This document shows positions 17,879 through 28,060 of a stretch of 64,000 nucleotides of DNA, piece by piece. Source of the stretch: Deltaproteobacteria bacterium (lineage in GTDB: Bacteria; Desulfobacterota; GWC2-55-46). The notes beneath the pieces were generated by a model that saw nothing but the letters and a program-made list of their open reading frames with translations, had not been told where the DNA came from and did not search any database. Positions within the stretch are counted from its first letter, which is position 1; each line of letters starts with the position of its first letter. The position numbers and the translations under genes are program-made. The DNA lies in NCBI GenBank assembly GCA_016219015.1, contig JACRCL010000001.1:70308-134307 (forward strand), read 5' to 3'.

Positions 17879-18025
17879 AAGGCCTCCGGATGCCTCCCCG
17901 CAAGGGGGGATGTCTTTTCTTATAGTGGGGTGACTGAGCTGGACCTATAGGATGCAAACGGCGTGCCCGAGGGCACAGGGCGGGGCGTACTTGCGGAGGC
18001 GATCGGTGGGAGGGCCGTTTTCAGC

Positions 18026-18874
18026 CTAAAAAAGCTCTACCCCCTGGGCAAATGTGAGCTGGACCTTTTCCAATACCTCTTTAAGAGTTTCAGGGGTCAG
18101 GCCGAGGGACTCGGGTAGGCTGCCGAAATCGACCTCCACTGTGCCGGTTTTTCTCCAGCCCATGCCAAATTTTTGGCACATCCTGTCAGCGAGGGTGATG
18201 ATGTTTACGAGGTTCAGGAAGTAGCGCTCCTTCTTTATCGCCTCAATGTCCTCGAAATGGAGGATAAGCCTCTCGAGGTTTTCAGGGAAGCCCCACTTCT
18301 TTACTACGGCGGCCCCGACCTTCCTGTGAGAGAACTCGAATACCTCCAGCTCGGCGACGGAAAACGGCATCCCGTCGTTATAGACCCTCTCCATGACCTC
18401 CGCGAACTTCTCCGGGTGCTCGTTATTGAGGACCACCTTGCCGATATCGTGCAGGAGCCCGCCCAGGAAGGCGTCCTCGGGGTCCGACAGCCGGGTCTGC
18501 CTGGCTATTATGTTAGCGGCGAGCGCGGCGCCCAGCATCTGCTCCCAGATGAGCTTCTCCGTCAGGCCGAAACGCTTGTAGACGTTCTTCATCGAGGTCG
18601 CCACGACTATCGACCTTACGGCGTTCAGCCCGAGCCTCAGGATGGCCTGCGTGAGGTTCTGGATGTTCCTGTAGCTCCCGTAAAAGGCCGAGTTCGCAAC
18701 CTTGAGTATCTTTGTGGCAAGCCCCGGGTCCGCGCTTATGAGCCGTTTTATCTTCTCGATGGACACGTCCGGGTCCGACATCATCGACAGGACCTTCTGC
18801 GTAGTGACCGGAAGGACCGGCAGCTCGCTGGCGTTCAGGATGACATCGTTCAAATTCGCGGCGGCATTGGACAT
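18026..18874 (-). CDS. HDOD-domain signalling protein
   Basis: 282 aa ORF. GGLLHDIGK HD-type motif within an HDOD fold. Confidence 0.8.
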   Translation of the reverse strand: MSNAAANLNDVILNASELPVLPVTTQKVLSMMSDPDVSIEKIKRLISADPGLATKILKVANSAFYGSYRNIQNLTQAILRLGLNAVRSIVVATSMKNVYKRFGLTEKLIWEQMLGAALAANIIARQTRLSDPEDAFLGGLLHDIGKVVLNNEHPEKFAEVMERVYNDGMPFSVAELEVFEFSHRKVGAAVVKKWGFPENLERLILHFEDIEAIKKERYFLNLVNIITLADRMCQKFGMGWRKTGTVEVDFGSLPESLGLTPETLKEVLEKVQLTFAQGVELF

Positions 18875-18921
18875 CTGTATAGCTCCTTTTCTTAAAGCAG
18901 ATGGACTTTTTGAGCTGCCGA

Positions 18922-19416
18922 TCAGGCTACGGCGTTAAGGGCCACTCCCCCGAGCGCGTCCCTCTCCGTGCGGCTCAATATCTTGGCTACGTCAAGGAGT
19001 ATAAGGAGCCTTCCGTCAAGCTTGCCTACCCCCTTGATGTATTCGGACTCCGCCCCGGTGACTATCGCCGGAGGCGGCTCCACGGTGTCGGAAGGGAGCC
19101 TCAGGACCTCGGAGACCGCGTCGACCTTGAGCCCCACGGTCCTGTCGTCCACGTCCACCACTATTATCCGAGTGTCGTTAGTCTTCTCGTCGGCCGGCAG
19201 CCCGAACCTCTTCCTGAGATCAAGCACCGGTATGACCCGGCCCCTCAGGTTTATGACGCCGTCCACGAACTCGGGCGTGCGCGGCACCCTCGTAAGGTCC
19301 ATGTGCCTTATTATCTCCTGGACCCGCAGTATATCGAGCGAGAACTCTTCGTTGCCGAGCCTGAAGGTGACGAGCTGAAGCACCTCTTTCTTATCAAAGT
19401 CTTTTTTTATGTCCAT
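18922..19416 (-). CDS. cheW: Chemotaxis coupling protein CheW
   Basis: 164 aa ORF. Canonical CheW (LVTFRLGNEEFSLDILRVQEI). Confidence 0.9.
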   Translation of the reverse strand: MDIKKDFDKKEVLQLVTFRLGNEEFSLDILRVQEIIRHMDLTRVPRTPEFVDGVINLRGRVIPVLDLRKRFGLPADEKTNDTRIIVVDVDDRTVGLKVDAVSEVLRLPSDTVEPPPAIVTGAESEYIKGVGKLDGRLLILLDVAKILSRTERDALGGVALNAVA

Positions 19417-19514
19417 GACGCCTCCTGAGGAATTCTTTTGTCCGAGTCCAAACCCCTTATCCTGTTATTTCGGCCTGTTTTCGATAAACTTAAAATTTAT
19501 TTTTACTCTTACCC

Positions 19515-20225
19515 TTACTCATAGCCAGTTGAATCGGTTATGGTAATGTCGACCCTCCTGTTCTTGAGCCTTCCCGAGGGAGTGTCGTTGGAGTCTATGG
19601 GCCTGTACTCACCGTAGCCGAGGGCAGACAGCTTCCGCGGGTCGAACCTGTGGCCGGCCACGAAATACTTGAGTATCTTTATCGCCCTCGCGCTGGAGAG
19701 GTCCCAGTTCGACGGGAACCTCGCGGTATTGACCGGGATATTGTCGGTATGGCCCTCTATCCTTATCTGGCTCGGCAGGTCTTTAAGGACGGCCGCCACT
19801 TCGTCGAGGACCGGGAGGGCCTCGGGCAGCAGCTCGTCGCTTGCCGCGTCGAAGAGCGTGGACTCGGATACCCTTATGGTTATCTTATGCCCCTCGGTCA
19901 CGAACGTGAGTTTCTGGCCTTTCGCGAGGTCTTTCAGGGCGGACTCTATCTTCTCGTAATTCGACCCCCCATTGACCTCGCTGGCCAGGTTCGGCCTCTG
20001 CTCCCTAACGAAACTCGGCCCCTGGTGGACCTTCGTTGACGCGTAGAGGGACGGGTTGAAGGCTATGCCGAGGGACTCGCTTAAGACCCTGAACTTGCCC
20101 TCGTTCACCGAGGACATGGCGTACATGCTGGTGAAGAACGCGAAAAGGAGCGTGATGAAGTCCGCGTAGGATACCAGCCACCTCTCGTGGTTCTCGTGCT
20201 CCTCGTGCTTTTTTTTCCTCGCCAT
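19515..20225 (-). CDS. motB: Flagellar stator protein MotB (OmpA-like C-terminus)
   Basis: 236 aa ORF. N-terminal WLVSYADFITLLFAFF plug/TM region and a C-terminal OmpA peptidoglycan-binding domain. Confidence 0.9.
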   Translation of the reverse strand: MARKKKHEEHENHERWLVSYADFITLLFAFFTSMYAMSSVNEGKFRVLSESLGIAFNPSLYASTKVHQGPSFVREQRPNLASEVNGGSNYEKIESALKDLAKGQKLTFVTEGHKITIRVSESTLFDAASDELLPEALPVLDEVAAVLKDLPSQIRIEGHTDNIPVNTARFPSNWDLSSARAIKILKYFVAGHRFDPRKLSALGYGEYRPIDSNDTPSGRLKNRRVDITITDSTGYE

Positions 20226-20237
20226 AGTGTGCGCCTT

Positions 20238-20996
20238 TTATTTCTTCTTCTCTGATTCCTTCAAAAACCCTATGAGCTTCTCTTCAAGCCGCCTCGGGTT
20301 TTCGCCCTCGGACAGCGCTATGAGCCCCTCTATTATCATTTCCTTCACTATGGCCTCTTCCCTCATCTTGAACTTGAGTTTCCCCGCCATCGGGAGCCAC
20401 AGGAGGTTGGCGGTCCCGACGCCGTAGACCGTGGCCACGAACGCCACGGCTATGCCGGCGCCGAGCTTGCTCGGGTCGGCGAGGTTCTCCATTACGTGTA
20501 TGAGGCCGAGCACGGCGCCGAGTATGCCTATGGTGGGCGAATACCCGCCCGCGGACTCGAAGACCTTGGCCGAGGTGTTCTGGTACTCCTCCCCGTACGT
20601 CATCTCGATCTCGAGTATCTCGCGCGTAAGCTTGGGCTCGGCCCCGTCGACCACGAGCTGGAGCCCCTTTTTAAGGAACGGGTCCTCGATCCTCCTGACC
20701 CGAGATTCCAGCGCAAGGAGGCCCTCCTTCCTCGCTATCCCGGCAAGCTCCGAAAGCGTCCTAATGACCGCCTTCGGGTCGTCCTTGTGGTTGAAGAGGG
20801 CGAGCTTCGCGTTCTTGAGAGCGAGGAGGAACGTGGAAAGCGAATAGTTCACCATCACCGCGCCCACGGTGCCCCCCACCACGATAATGGCCGCGGTGGG
20901 CTGCATTATCGCATAGAGCGAGCCGCCTTCGAGGACCTGGCCGCCTATGACCGCGCCGAACCCGAGTATGAGGCCTATTATTGTAAGAAGGTCCAT
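20238..20996 (-). CDS. motA: Flagellar stator protein MotA/PomA
   Basis: 252 aa ORF with four TM segments; MotA/TolQ/ExbB family. Confidence 0.9.
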   Translation of the reverse strand: MDLLTIIGLILGFGAVIGGQVLEGGSLYAIMQPTAAIIVVGGTVGAVMVNYSLSTFLLALKNAKLALFNHKDDPKAVIRTLSELAGIARKEGLLALESRVRRIEDPFLKKGLQLVVDGAEPKLTREILEIEMTYGEEYQNTSAKVFESAGGYSPTIGILGAVLGLIHVMENLADPSKLGAGIAVAFVATVYGVGTANLLWLPMAGKLKFKMREEAIVKEMIIEGLIALSEGENPRRLEEKLIGFLKESEKKK

Positions 20997-21079
20997 AATG
21001 CGAAAGCCCCTTTGACGGTCAGCGTATGTTGAAAAAGTCCATCCATGGATTGCATGACGGGGTGTTTTTCAACACCCTG

Positions 21080-22141
21080 TCATATCATGTTGATTATCTC
21101 GCCGGCTATGTTTCCGAGCGGCACTACCTTGTCGGCGAGCCCGGCCTCGACAACGGCCTTCGGCATCCCGTAGACCGTGCACGTCTCCTCGCTCTGGGCA
21201 AGCGTCTTGCCGCCCTTTTCCTTTATGAGCCTCATGCCCTCGAGCCCGTCGTGCCCCATGCCCGTAAGTATCACGCCCATGGACCTTCCGGGATAGCACT
21301 CCGCCACGGACCTCATGCATACGTCGACCGAAGGCTTGTAAAGCGAATCGGCCGGGTCGCTGTTTATGTCGATGTAAAAATCCGTCAGGGACTTCTTCCT
21401 GACCCTGGTCTGGAAGCCTCCGGGGGAGAGCAATATCTGCCCCGGCCTTATCGGCTCCCCGGCCTCCGCCTCTTTTACCGGGAGCTTGCAGAGGGTATTG
21501 AGCCTTTCGGCGAAGGCCCCTGTGAAAGCGCCGGGCATGTGCACGGCCACGAGAAAAGGCGTGGACAGGTCCGCCGGGAGGCTGGTCAAGACCTGCTGCA
21601 GGGCTTTCGGGCCGCCTGTGGAGGCCCCGATGGCCACGAAGGCGACCTTCTGTGTCGCGAAGCCTTTTCTTATTGGCGGGGCCGCCGCCGGTTTTTTTTG
21701 CGTCAAAAGGCCGATGAGCCTGGACTTTTTCCTGGCCACGGCCCTGATCTTCCCAATGAGTTCGTCCTGTATCTTGAACATGTCTACCGAGGACGAGACG
21801 AGGTTTTTGGAGATATAGTCAGCCGCGCCCTTGTCGAGCGCCTCGAACGTGGCGTGCGCGCCCTCCTTCGTTATCGAGCTTACCATGATGATGGGCGTGG
21901 GCTGCTTCTCCATGATGTACTCGGTGGCCTCGAGGCCGTGCATCCTCGGCATCTCGATGTCCATGGTGATGACGTCCGGGCTTAAGGATAGCGCCATCTG
22001 GACGCCCTCGGCCCCGTCCCTCGCGGTCCCGACGACCTCTATCTCCGGGTCGGTCTCGACCATCCGCTTTATGACCTTCCTCATGAAGGCGGAGTCGTCG
22101 ACTATCAGCACCCTTATCTTGTGGATGGTCCCTGTCAGCAA
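21080..22141 (-). CDS. cheB: Chemotaxis methylesterase CheB (receiver + CheB_methylest)
   Basis: Receiver KIRVLIVDDSAFMRK... plus catalytic domain ...AIGASTGGP...GMGHDG. Start uncertain: TTG at 22139-22141 overlaps the cheA stop by 7 nt, or GTG at 22111. The ORF-track N-terminal extension is rejected. Confidence 0.85.
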   Translation of the reverse strand: MLTGTIHKIRVLIVDDSAFMRKVIKRMVETDPEIEVVGTARDGAEGVQMALSLSPDVITMDIEMPRMHGLEATEYIMEKQPTPIIMVSSITKEGAHATFEALDKGAADYISKNLVSSSVDMFKIQDELIGKIRAVARKKSRLIGLLTQKKPAAAPPIRKGFATQKVAFVAIGASTGGPKALQQVLTSLPADLSTPFLVAVHMPGAFTGAFAERLNTLCKLPVKEAEAGEPIRPGQILLSPGGFQTRVRKKSLTDFYIDINSDPADSLYKPSVDVCMRSVAECYPGRSMGVILTGMGHDGLEGMRLIKEKGGKTLAQSEETCTVYGMPKAVVEAGLADKVVPLGNIAGEIINMI

Positions 22142-23850
22142 TTTGCGTACACCCTGTGCATCGATTCGAGCAGCCCGGCGACGTCGAGTATGAGTATCAC
22201 GTTGCCGTCGCCGTTTATGCAGGCCCCGGCCATGCCCTCGGTCCCCTTGAGGTACTCGCCCATGGACTTCATCACAATCTCTTCCTGCCCGTGGAGCCTG
22301 TCCACGAGTATGCCGAAGCTCTTCTCGCCTATCCCTATGAGCACTATGTAGTTCCACTCGGAGTTCGTTGACGAAACATTGCCGTCCACGAGCCCTGAAA
22401 GCCTCACGACCGGGTAGACCCTGTCCCTCAGGTGGATGACCTCCTTGCCGTCAATGGTCTTCAAGTCGTTTGCCGTGACCCTTATGTTCTCGATGACGGT
22501 GGACAGCGGTATGCCGTATATCTCTCCTCCGGCCTCCACGGTGAGGGCCTGTATTATCGCCAGCGTAAGCGGGAGCCTGAAGGTTATCTTCGTGCCGTTG
22601 CCGACCTCGGAGTCTATCGAGATGATGCCGTTTATCCGTGAAATATTGGTCTTGACCACGTCCATGCCCACGCCCCTGCCGGAGATGTTGCTGACCTTCC
22701 TGGCCGTGGAGAAGCCCGGTATGAAAATGAGGTTAAGCGCCTCCTTGTTCAGCATCTTCTCGGCGTCCTCCGGGGTTATGAGCCCCTTCTCCAGGGCCGA
22801 CCTCTTGATGGCCGCCGCGTCTATGCCCCTGCCGTCGTCGGCCACGGAAACGATTATGTGGCGCCCCTCCTGGTAGGCGGAAAGCGAGAGAGTGCCGCAG
22901 CGCGGCTTGCCCTTCGAGGCCCTCTCGTCCGGGGTCTCCATCCCGTGGTCCACGGCGTTCCTTATGAGATGGACGAGCGGATCGCCTATCTCCTCTATGA
23001 CCGTCTTGTCGAGCTCGGTCTCCTCTCCGCTTATCACGAGCTCTACTTCCTTGTCGTTCTGCCTCGCGAGGTCCCTGACCATCCTCGGGAACTTGTTGAA
23101 GACCTTGGCTATGGGCTGCATCCTCATCTTCATCACCGCCAACTGGAGGTCCGTCGTCACCAGGTCGAGCTGGGCGATACCCTCCTCCATGTGGGAGAGG
23201 AGCTCGCTTTCGGTATCGAGCTCGCAGAGCTTCGAGCCCAGGCGCATGAGGCGGTTACGCGACAGCACAAGCTCGCCGGCGAGGTTCAAGACGCTGTCGA
23301 GCCTGTCTATGTCCACCCTTATCGACTGCTCTTTTTCCTTATGCGGCTCGTCTTTAGATTGGGGCTGGGGCTGGGGGGCCTGCGCGGGGCGGGCGGCGTC
23401 GTTGCCGGACCTTTTTTCGGAAGAGATGACCGTAAGCTGAGGGGCCTCTTCCTTCCTGGCGTAATCGCCGTTCAGGACGTTCGTAAGCGAGGCGATGACG
23501 GGCTTTAAGTCCTCTTCCCTGCCGTTTTTTTCGCGGATGTTGTTGAGGAGCACCTTTATGAGGTCTACGGACTGGAGGATGGCGTCCATTATCGCCGCGT
23601 TTACCTCCATCTCGCCCTTCCTCAATTTATTCAGCACGTCCTCGGTCACGTGGGTGGCCTCGACCATCTGCTGGAACCCGAGGAATCCGGCCGCGCCCTT
23701 TATGGTATGTATGGACCTGAAGATATCGTTCAGGAGCGTCGTGTCCCCCGGGTTTTTCTCAAGCTCGATGAATTTCTGGTCGAGCGAATCGAGGGCCTCG
23801 GCCGATTCCGAGATAAAATCGTTTACGATATCGTCCATCTCGTTGTTCAT
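22135..23850 (-). CDS. cheA: Chemotaxis histidine kinase CheA
   Basis: 571 aa ORF. HPt (SIHTIKGAAGFLG), dimerization, HATPase and CheW-like domains. Confidence 0.9.
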   Translation of the reverse strand: MNNEMDDIVNDFISESAEALDSLDQKFIELEKNPGDTTLLNDIFRSIHTIKGAAGFLGFQQMVEATHVTEDVLNKLRKGEMEVNAAIMDAILQSVDLIKVLLNNIREKNGREEDLKPVIASLTNVLNGDYARKEEAPQLTVISSEKRSGNDAARPAQAPQPQPQSKDEPHKEKEQSIRVDIDRLDSVLNLAGELVLSRNRLMRLGSKLCELDTESELLSHMEEGIAQLDLVTTDLQLAVMKMRMQPIAKVFNKFPRMVRDLARQNDKEVELVISGEETELDKTVIEEIGDPLVHLIRNAVDHGMETPDERASKGKPRCGTLSLSAYQEGRHIIVSVADDGRGIDAAAIKRSALEKGLITPEDAEKMLNKEALNLIFIPGFSTARKVSNISGRGVGMDVVKTNISRINGIISIDSEVGNGTKITFRLPLTLAIIQALTVEAGGEIYGIPLSTVIENIRVTANDLKTIDGKEVIHLRDRVYPVVRLSGLVDGNVSSTNSEWNYIVLIGIGEKSFGILVDRLHGQEEIVMKSMGEYLKGTEGMAGACINGDGNVILILDVAGLLESMHRVYANC

Positions 23851-23870
23851 ACTGCCTCCGTGCGGGGTTT

Positions 23871-24467
23871 TCAGGCCCCGAGCTCTTTTAAAAGCCTGTC
23901 TACGACGTCCTGCTTCAAGGGGTCGACCTTCGCCTGCGCAATGGCGCTCAAGCCCGCGCCGTTTTCGAGCCCGAAGCTCGATGCCATATCGAGGAGCTTC
24001 GACTCCACCACGGCAAGGGACGTTATGACCTTCTTCAGTTTCTGCCCCGAGAGGTCGTGGAAGGACATGTTCGTGAATATCTCCATCATCTCCCTCCTGG
24101 ACTTCTCGTTTATCCTCCCGAGCTCCCCGATGAGCTTCAGGCCCTGCCCGGGGTCTTCCGCCTTCGAGGCCCAGGCGGTGAGGTCTTTAAGCAGCCCGTG
24201 CGCGCCATCCTGCTCCTGCATGAGCCCTTCGAGTATCGACATGATGTTGTTCGCCGCGTCCTCGAGCTCGCCAGTGACGGCCGCTATCTGGCTGGACGCC
24301 TCCGGGAACCTCTCCGAGCCGATCTTTACCGTGTTTTCAAGCGTCTCTATGCCTTTGCGGGTCTTGTCTATGAACCTCAAAAGGGCGGCTATCTCGTCTT
24401 TGAACTTGCACTGCATCTCGCTCCAGTTTTTGCCGCTCATCGCGTATTCTCCTTTTATGTCGATCAA
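23871..24467 (-). CDS. cheZ: CheZ-like CheY-P phosphatase
   Basis: 198 aa helical ORF with FHDLSGQ, the catalytic DxxxQ motif of CheZ. Located between cheY and cheA. Confidence 0.6.
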   Translation of the reverse strand: MIDIKGEYAMSGKNWSEMQCKFKDEIAALLRFIDKTRKGIETLENTVKIGSERFPEASSQIAAVTGELEDAANNIMSILEGLMQEQDGAHGLLKDLTAWASKAEDPGQGLKLIGELGRINEKSRREMMEIFTNMSFHDLSGQKLKKVITSLAVVESKLLDMASSFGLENGAGLSAIAQAKVDPLKQDVVDRLLKELGA

Positions 24468-24862
24468 TTCTGGGCAGTCTTGAGTTTTTCGAGTATGAGG
24501 TCTATCCTCTCCTTGAGGGCCGCGGCCGTGAAGGGCTTTACGATATAGTTGTTTACCCCGGCCTGGACCGCGGTCACGACGTTCTCCTTCGCCGCCTCGG
24601 CCGTGACCATCAGTACCGGCATGGATTTGAGCGCAGGGTCCTGCCTTATCGCCTTCAAGAGGTCTATCCCCGGCATGTTCGGCATGTTCCAGTCGGTCAC
24701 GACGAAGTCGAAGCTCCCGGCCTTGAGCTTTTCAAGCGCCGTCGTCCCGTCGTCGGCCTCGTCGACGTTGCTGTAGCCGATCTCCTTGAGTATGTTCCTT
24801 ATGATCCTCCTCATGGTCGAGAAATCATCGACCACGAGTATCTTCATGCTGTTGTCGAACAT
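24464..24862 (-). CDS. cheY: Chemotaxis response regulator CheY
   Basis: 132 aa single receiver ([13 protein letters not shown]...[12 protein letters not shown]...). The start is possibly the internal MKIL. Confidence 0.9.
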   Translation of the reverse strand: MFDNSMKILVVDDFSTMRRIIRNILKEIGYSNVDEADDGTTALEKLKAGSFDFVVTDWNMPNMPGIDLLKAIRQDPALKSMPVLMVTAEAAKENVVTAVQAGVNNYIVKPFTAAALKERIDLILEKLKTAQN

Positions 24863-24901
24863 TATGTCCTCCTTGTTAAAAGTATCGCCCCCCGTTGGAC
24901 G

Positions 24902-25264
24902 TCAGATGAGCTTCTCTATCTCGTATAAAAGCCTCTGCGGCGAGATGGGCTTGCAGAGGTATGTCGTCACCCCGGCCTCCATGCCGGTTTTTCTATCGGA
25001 TTCGCCCGCTTCGGTCGTTATCATGATTATCGGCAGCTCCCGGTACTCGGCCTGCTCCCGGAGGCTCCTTGACAGCTCGAAGCCGTTCATCTGGGGCATG
25101 TTGAGGTCCGTGACCACGAGGTCCACGGGGTTCGCGGCCATGACCTCCAGGGCCTCTATCCCGTTCGACGCGCCGACTATCTTGTACCCCTTGTCGCGGA
25201 TTATGTACGACAAGAGCTTCCTCGTAGTCTCGCAATCGTCCACGACAAGAATTTTCTTTTCCAT
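24902..25264 (-). CDS. Second single-domain CheY-like response regulator
   Basis: 120 aa receiver (KILVVDDCETTRK...VVTDLNMPQMNG...KP). Confidence 0.85.
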   Translation of the reverse strand: MEKKILVVDDCETTRKLLSYIIRDKGYKIVGASNGIEALEVMAANPVDLVVTDLNMPQMNGFELSRSLREQAEYRELPIIMITTEAGESDRKTGMEAGVTTYLCKPISPQRLLYEIEKLI

Positions 25265-25274
25265 ATCCGCCCTC

Positions 25275-26129
25275 TCAGACTTTTTGGTAGACTACTGTCC
25301 GCTCGAAGCTTACAGGCCGGAACAGCCTCGTGATGCTGTGGAGGGTCTCCGAAAAACCGAGGAAGAGGTACCCGCCCCTGGCGAGACTGTCGTACAGGTG
25401 GTTTATGGCCTTCCTTTTCGAGGCGTCATCGAAATATATGAGGACGTTCCTGCAGAATATCACGTCCATCTCCCTTACCGTCCTCGTCTCCATCGGGTCG
25501 ACGAGGTTTATCTTCCTGTACTTTACGAGGTCCTGGACCTTTTTGGATATCGTGTAGCACTCGCCCCTGCCGGTGAAATACTTCTTCAGGTACTGCTCGG
25601 GCGTGTTCCTGACCGAGTATTTTTCGTAGTTGCCGGCCTCGGCGGACTTAAGCACGTTGTCGCAGATGTCGCTGCCGAGCACCTCCACGGAAAAGCCTTT
25701 GGCGCCGAGCTCCTCCAGGAGTATCATCGCCAGCGTCAGCGGCTCCTCGCCCGTGGAGCACGCGGCGCTCCATACCCTGAAGCTTTTGGCGCGGCCTCCC
25801 GACTTTTCCTGCGTGAGCTTCGGGACCACCCCCCTGGTGAACGAATCTATCTGGAACATGTCCCTGAAAAAGCTCGTCTCGTTGGTCACTATCACGTTTA
25901 TGAGGTTCGTTATCTCCCTGTTCCTCTCCGGGTCATAGGTAAGGAAGTGGTAATAGTCCTCGTAGGTCTTGAGGTTCCTCTCCTCAAGCCTCCTTAAAAG
26001 CCGCGCCTCCAGGAGGTACTTCTTGGACTCCGTGTAGAATATCCCGCTCTTCGCGTAGATTATGTCGCGGAGGAGCGCAAAAGTCTCGTTGGAGAGCTTG
26101 GGCCTTGTATCTATGCCAAGGGTCAGCAT
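25275..26129 (-). CDS. cheR: Chemotaxis methyltransferase CheR
   Basis: 284 aa ORF. CheR N-terminal and SAM-dependent methyltransferase domains (VWSAACSTGEEP). Confidence 0.9.
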   Translation of the reverse strand: MLTLGIDTRPKLSNETFALLRDIIYAKSGIFYTESKKYLLEARLLRRLEERNLKTYEDYYHFLTYDPERNREITNLINVIVTNETSFFRDMFQIDSFTRGVVPKLTQEKSGGRAKSFRVWSAACSTGEEPLTLAMILLEELGAKGFSVEVLGSDICDNVLKSAEAGNYEKYSVRNTPEQYLKKYFTGRGECYTISKKVQDLVKYRKINLVDPMETRTVREMDVIFCRNVLIYFDDASKRKAINHLYDSLARGGYLFLGFSETLHSITRLFRPVSFERTVVYQKV

Positions 26130-28042
26130 TTCAATAGGTGGATGGCCTCTTCCACGGCGGACCTCACGGTCTGCTCGGGGTGGGCGATGAACTTCTCAAG
26201 CGCGCCGAGGGATTTTGATGAGCCTGATTTCCCGAGCGCCTTTGCGGCGGCCGCCTTGACGGGGGCCTCGTCGTTCAGAAGAACCCTTATGAGCGCGTCC
26301 TCGTTATCATTTTCGCCGAGATCCCCGAGGAGCATGACGGCGTGATACCTTACCCAGATGTTCCTGTCGCCAAGCGCCTTCAGCAGGCCTTTTTTTATCT
26401 TCTCGCCGCTCCAGCCCCCGAGGGCCTTCAGTATCGACAGCTTCACGTCGTCGCTGCTGTCCTCAAGGCCCTTTAGAACGGTGTCCCCGGCCTCAGGTAT
26501 CCCGAGCTTCGCCATCGACCTGTAAGCGGCTTTCCTGACGACGGGGCTTGAGTCTTTGCAGGCGTCCTTGAGGGACTTCAACGCCTCCTCGTCGCCTATC
26601 ATGCCGAGCCCCCTCGCCCCCATCTCACGGAGCCTCTCGTCCTTTTTCGAAAGGAGCCCGCAGAAAAGCCCCTTGACCGCCGGTGACGGTATAAGCGCGA
26701 GCGTGTCGGTCATCTCCTCGGCGACGTCCCTGTACTGCTCGGCCTCCAGCGCCCTGTATAGCGCCTCAGCCGCGCCCTCGCCAGCCAGCGTTGCCAGGGC
26801 CCGCGCGGCTATCTTCCTTACGTGCCCGTCCTTGCTCTCCAGGGACCTGAACAGTATCTCGGCGCAGGCCGGGGAGCCGATCGATTCGAGGGCCGATACA
26901 ATCTCCCTCAATTCGTGCTTCGCGGCCCTGTCCATGAGGGCGGCAAGGAGCGGCACCGCCTCGTCGGATTTCAACTCGCCGAGCGCCCTTACTATGACCT
27001 TGAAGCCCTTCCCGCCCCTGTTCAATTCCTCTTTTATCGCGGGCGGCAGCGCGCCGCGCCCGGCCATCGAAACGACTGCGCCGAGGAGGACCTGCTCGGT
27101 CTCCTCGTCCATCTCGTTCAATTTGTTCACGTACGCGAACGCGTATTTAAGCCCCGCTGGCTCTTTCAGCAGGCCAAGCCCCTTCAACGCCTCGAGGCCG
27201 GACGTTCTATCGCAGTCCTTCAGGGCCTTCGAGAAGAAGTCGAAGTAAACGAAGGTAAAGTCCTTCGAGAACCTGAAGCCCGCCGCCGGCGACGAGGCCT
27301 TTTCAAGGAGGTCCACTATGGCGCCCGTGTTTATGACCGCGCCTTTCGATAACGGCCCCTTGAGCTTCGTAAGCACGTCCGCCGCGTCGGACGGCGAGGC
27401 TATCCTGCTTACGGCCTCCACCGCCGCCTCTTTAAGGAGGACGGAGTCGCTGTCCACTATCTGGAGGAGGAGCTCGAGGGAGGCCTTGTCCTCAAGCAGG
27501 CCCACGCCCTCGATGGCCGAGAACTTGACCCATTCCTCAGGGTCGTTCAGAAGCTTCAGCAGCGCGCGGCTCGAGCCCTGCGCCTTGAGCCTCCCGAGGC
27601 ATACGGCCACGGACGCCCTGACGTTAGGGTTGCTGTGCCCGGCGCAATCATACAGGAGCGCAGCCGCGCCGTTGCCCCTTATGTCGGCTATTAGGTCCAC
27701 GGCGAATTTGACGACGTCGTCGTCCCTGTCGTTTAAAAGCGATGATATGACGTCGAGGGCGTCGCCCCCGACCTTGCGGAGTATCTCTATCCCGAGGTTA
27801 CGCAGCGACGCGTCGTCGAGGCGCAGCAGCGGTGCCACCGCGGAAGCGACCTCCCTGCCGCCGATGGCGGTAAGGGCGTTCAAAGCGGCTTCCCTTACTC
27901 CGAAGTCGCAGTCCCCGAGCGCCTCGACCAGGGCCGGTATGAAGGACGTTTCCCCGGACTCCCCTATGGACTCGCAGGCGTCCCTCCTCACCGATGGGTC
28001 CCGGTCTTTCAGCATCCCCTGAATAGAAATAGAATTATCCAT
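26123..28042 (-). CDS. HEAT/PBS-lyase repeat protein, first gene of the sigma-28 che operon
   Basis: 639 aa ORF made of numerous HEAT-like repeats (xxVRxxAxxALGxIG). No TM segment or signal peptide. Confidence 0.75.
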   Translation of the reverse strand: MDNSISIQGMLKDRDPSVRRDACESIGESGETSFIPALVEALGDCDFGVREAALNALTAIGGREVASAVAPLLRLDDASLRNLGIEILRKVGGDALDVISSLLNDRDDDVVKFAVDLIADIRGNGAAALLYDCAGHSNPNVRASVAVCLGRLKAQGSSRALLKLLNDPEEWVKFSAIEGVGLLEDKASLELLLQIVDSDSVLLKEAAVEAVSRIASPSDAADVLTKLKGPLSKGAVINTGAIVDLLEKASSPAAGFRFSKDFTFVYFDFFSKALKDCDRTSGLEALKGLGLLKEPAGLKYAFAYVNKLNEMDEETEQVLLGAVVSMAGRGALPPAIKEELNRGGKGFKVIVRALGELKSDEAVPLLAALMDRAAKHELREIVSALESIGSPACAEILFRSLESKDGHVRKIAARALATLAGEGAAEALYRALEAEQYRDVAEEMTDTLALIPSPAVKGLFCGLLSKKDERLREMGARGLGMIGDEEALKSLKDACKDSSPVVRKAAYRSMAKLGIPEAGDTVLKGLEDSSDDVKLSILKALGGWSGEKIKKGLLKALGDRNIWVRYHAVMLLGDLGENDNEDALIRVLLNDEAPVKAAAAKALGKSGSSKSLGALEKFIAHPEQTVRSAVEEAIHLLKC

Positions 28043-28060
28043 ACCTTGCGCCCTTTCTTA

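Noticed and set aside
19417-19514. TTCGATAAA in the motB-cheW spacer, as a possible plus-strand sigma-28 -10 element
   Set aside because: It is on the wrong strand for the surrounding genes and has no TAAA -35 at the right spacing. cheW is probably co-transcribed with motAB.
21026-21985. Long plus-strand ORFs (e.g. 21026..21985, 24786..25997, 28674..29762, 45397..46500, 49783..50523, 63265..63930) with Arg/Gly/Pro/Ala-rich low-complexity translations
   Set aside because: They lie antisense to well-supported minus-strand flagellar/che genes. Their composition is the usual artefact of GC-rich third positions on the opposite strand, with no domain signatures or RBSs.
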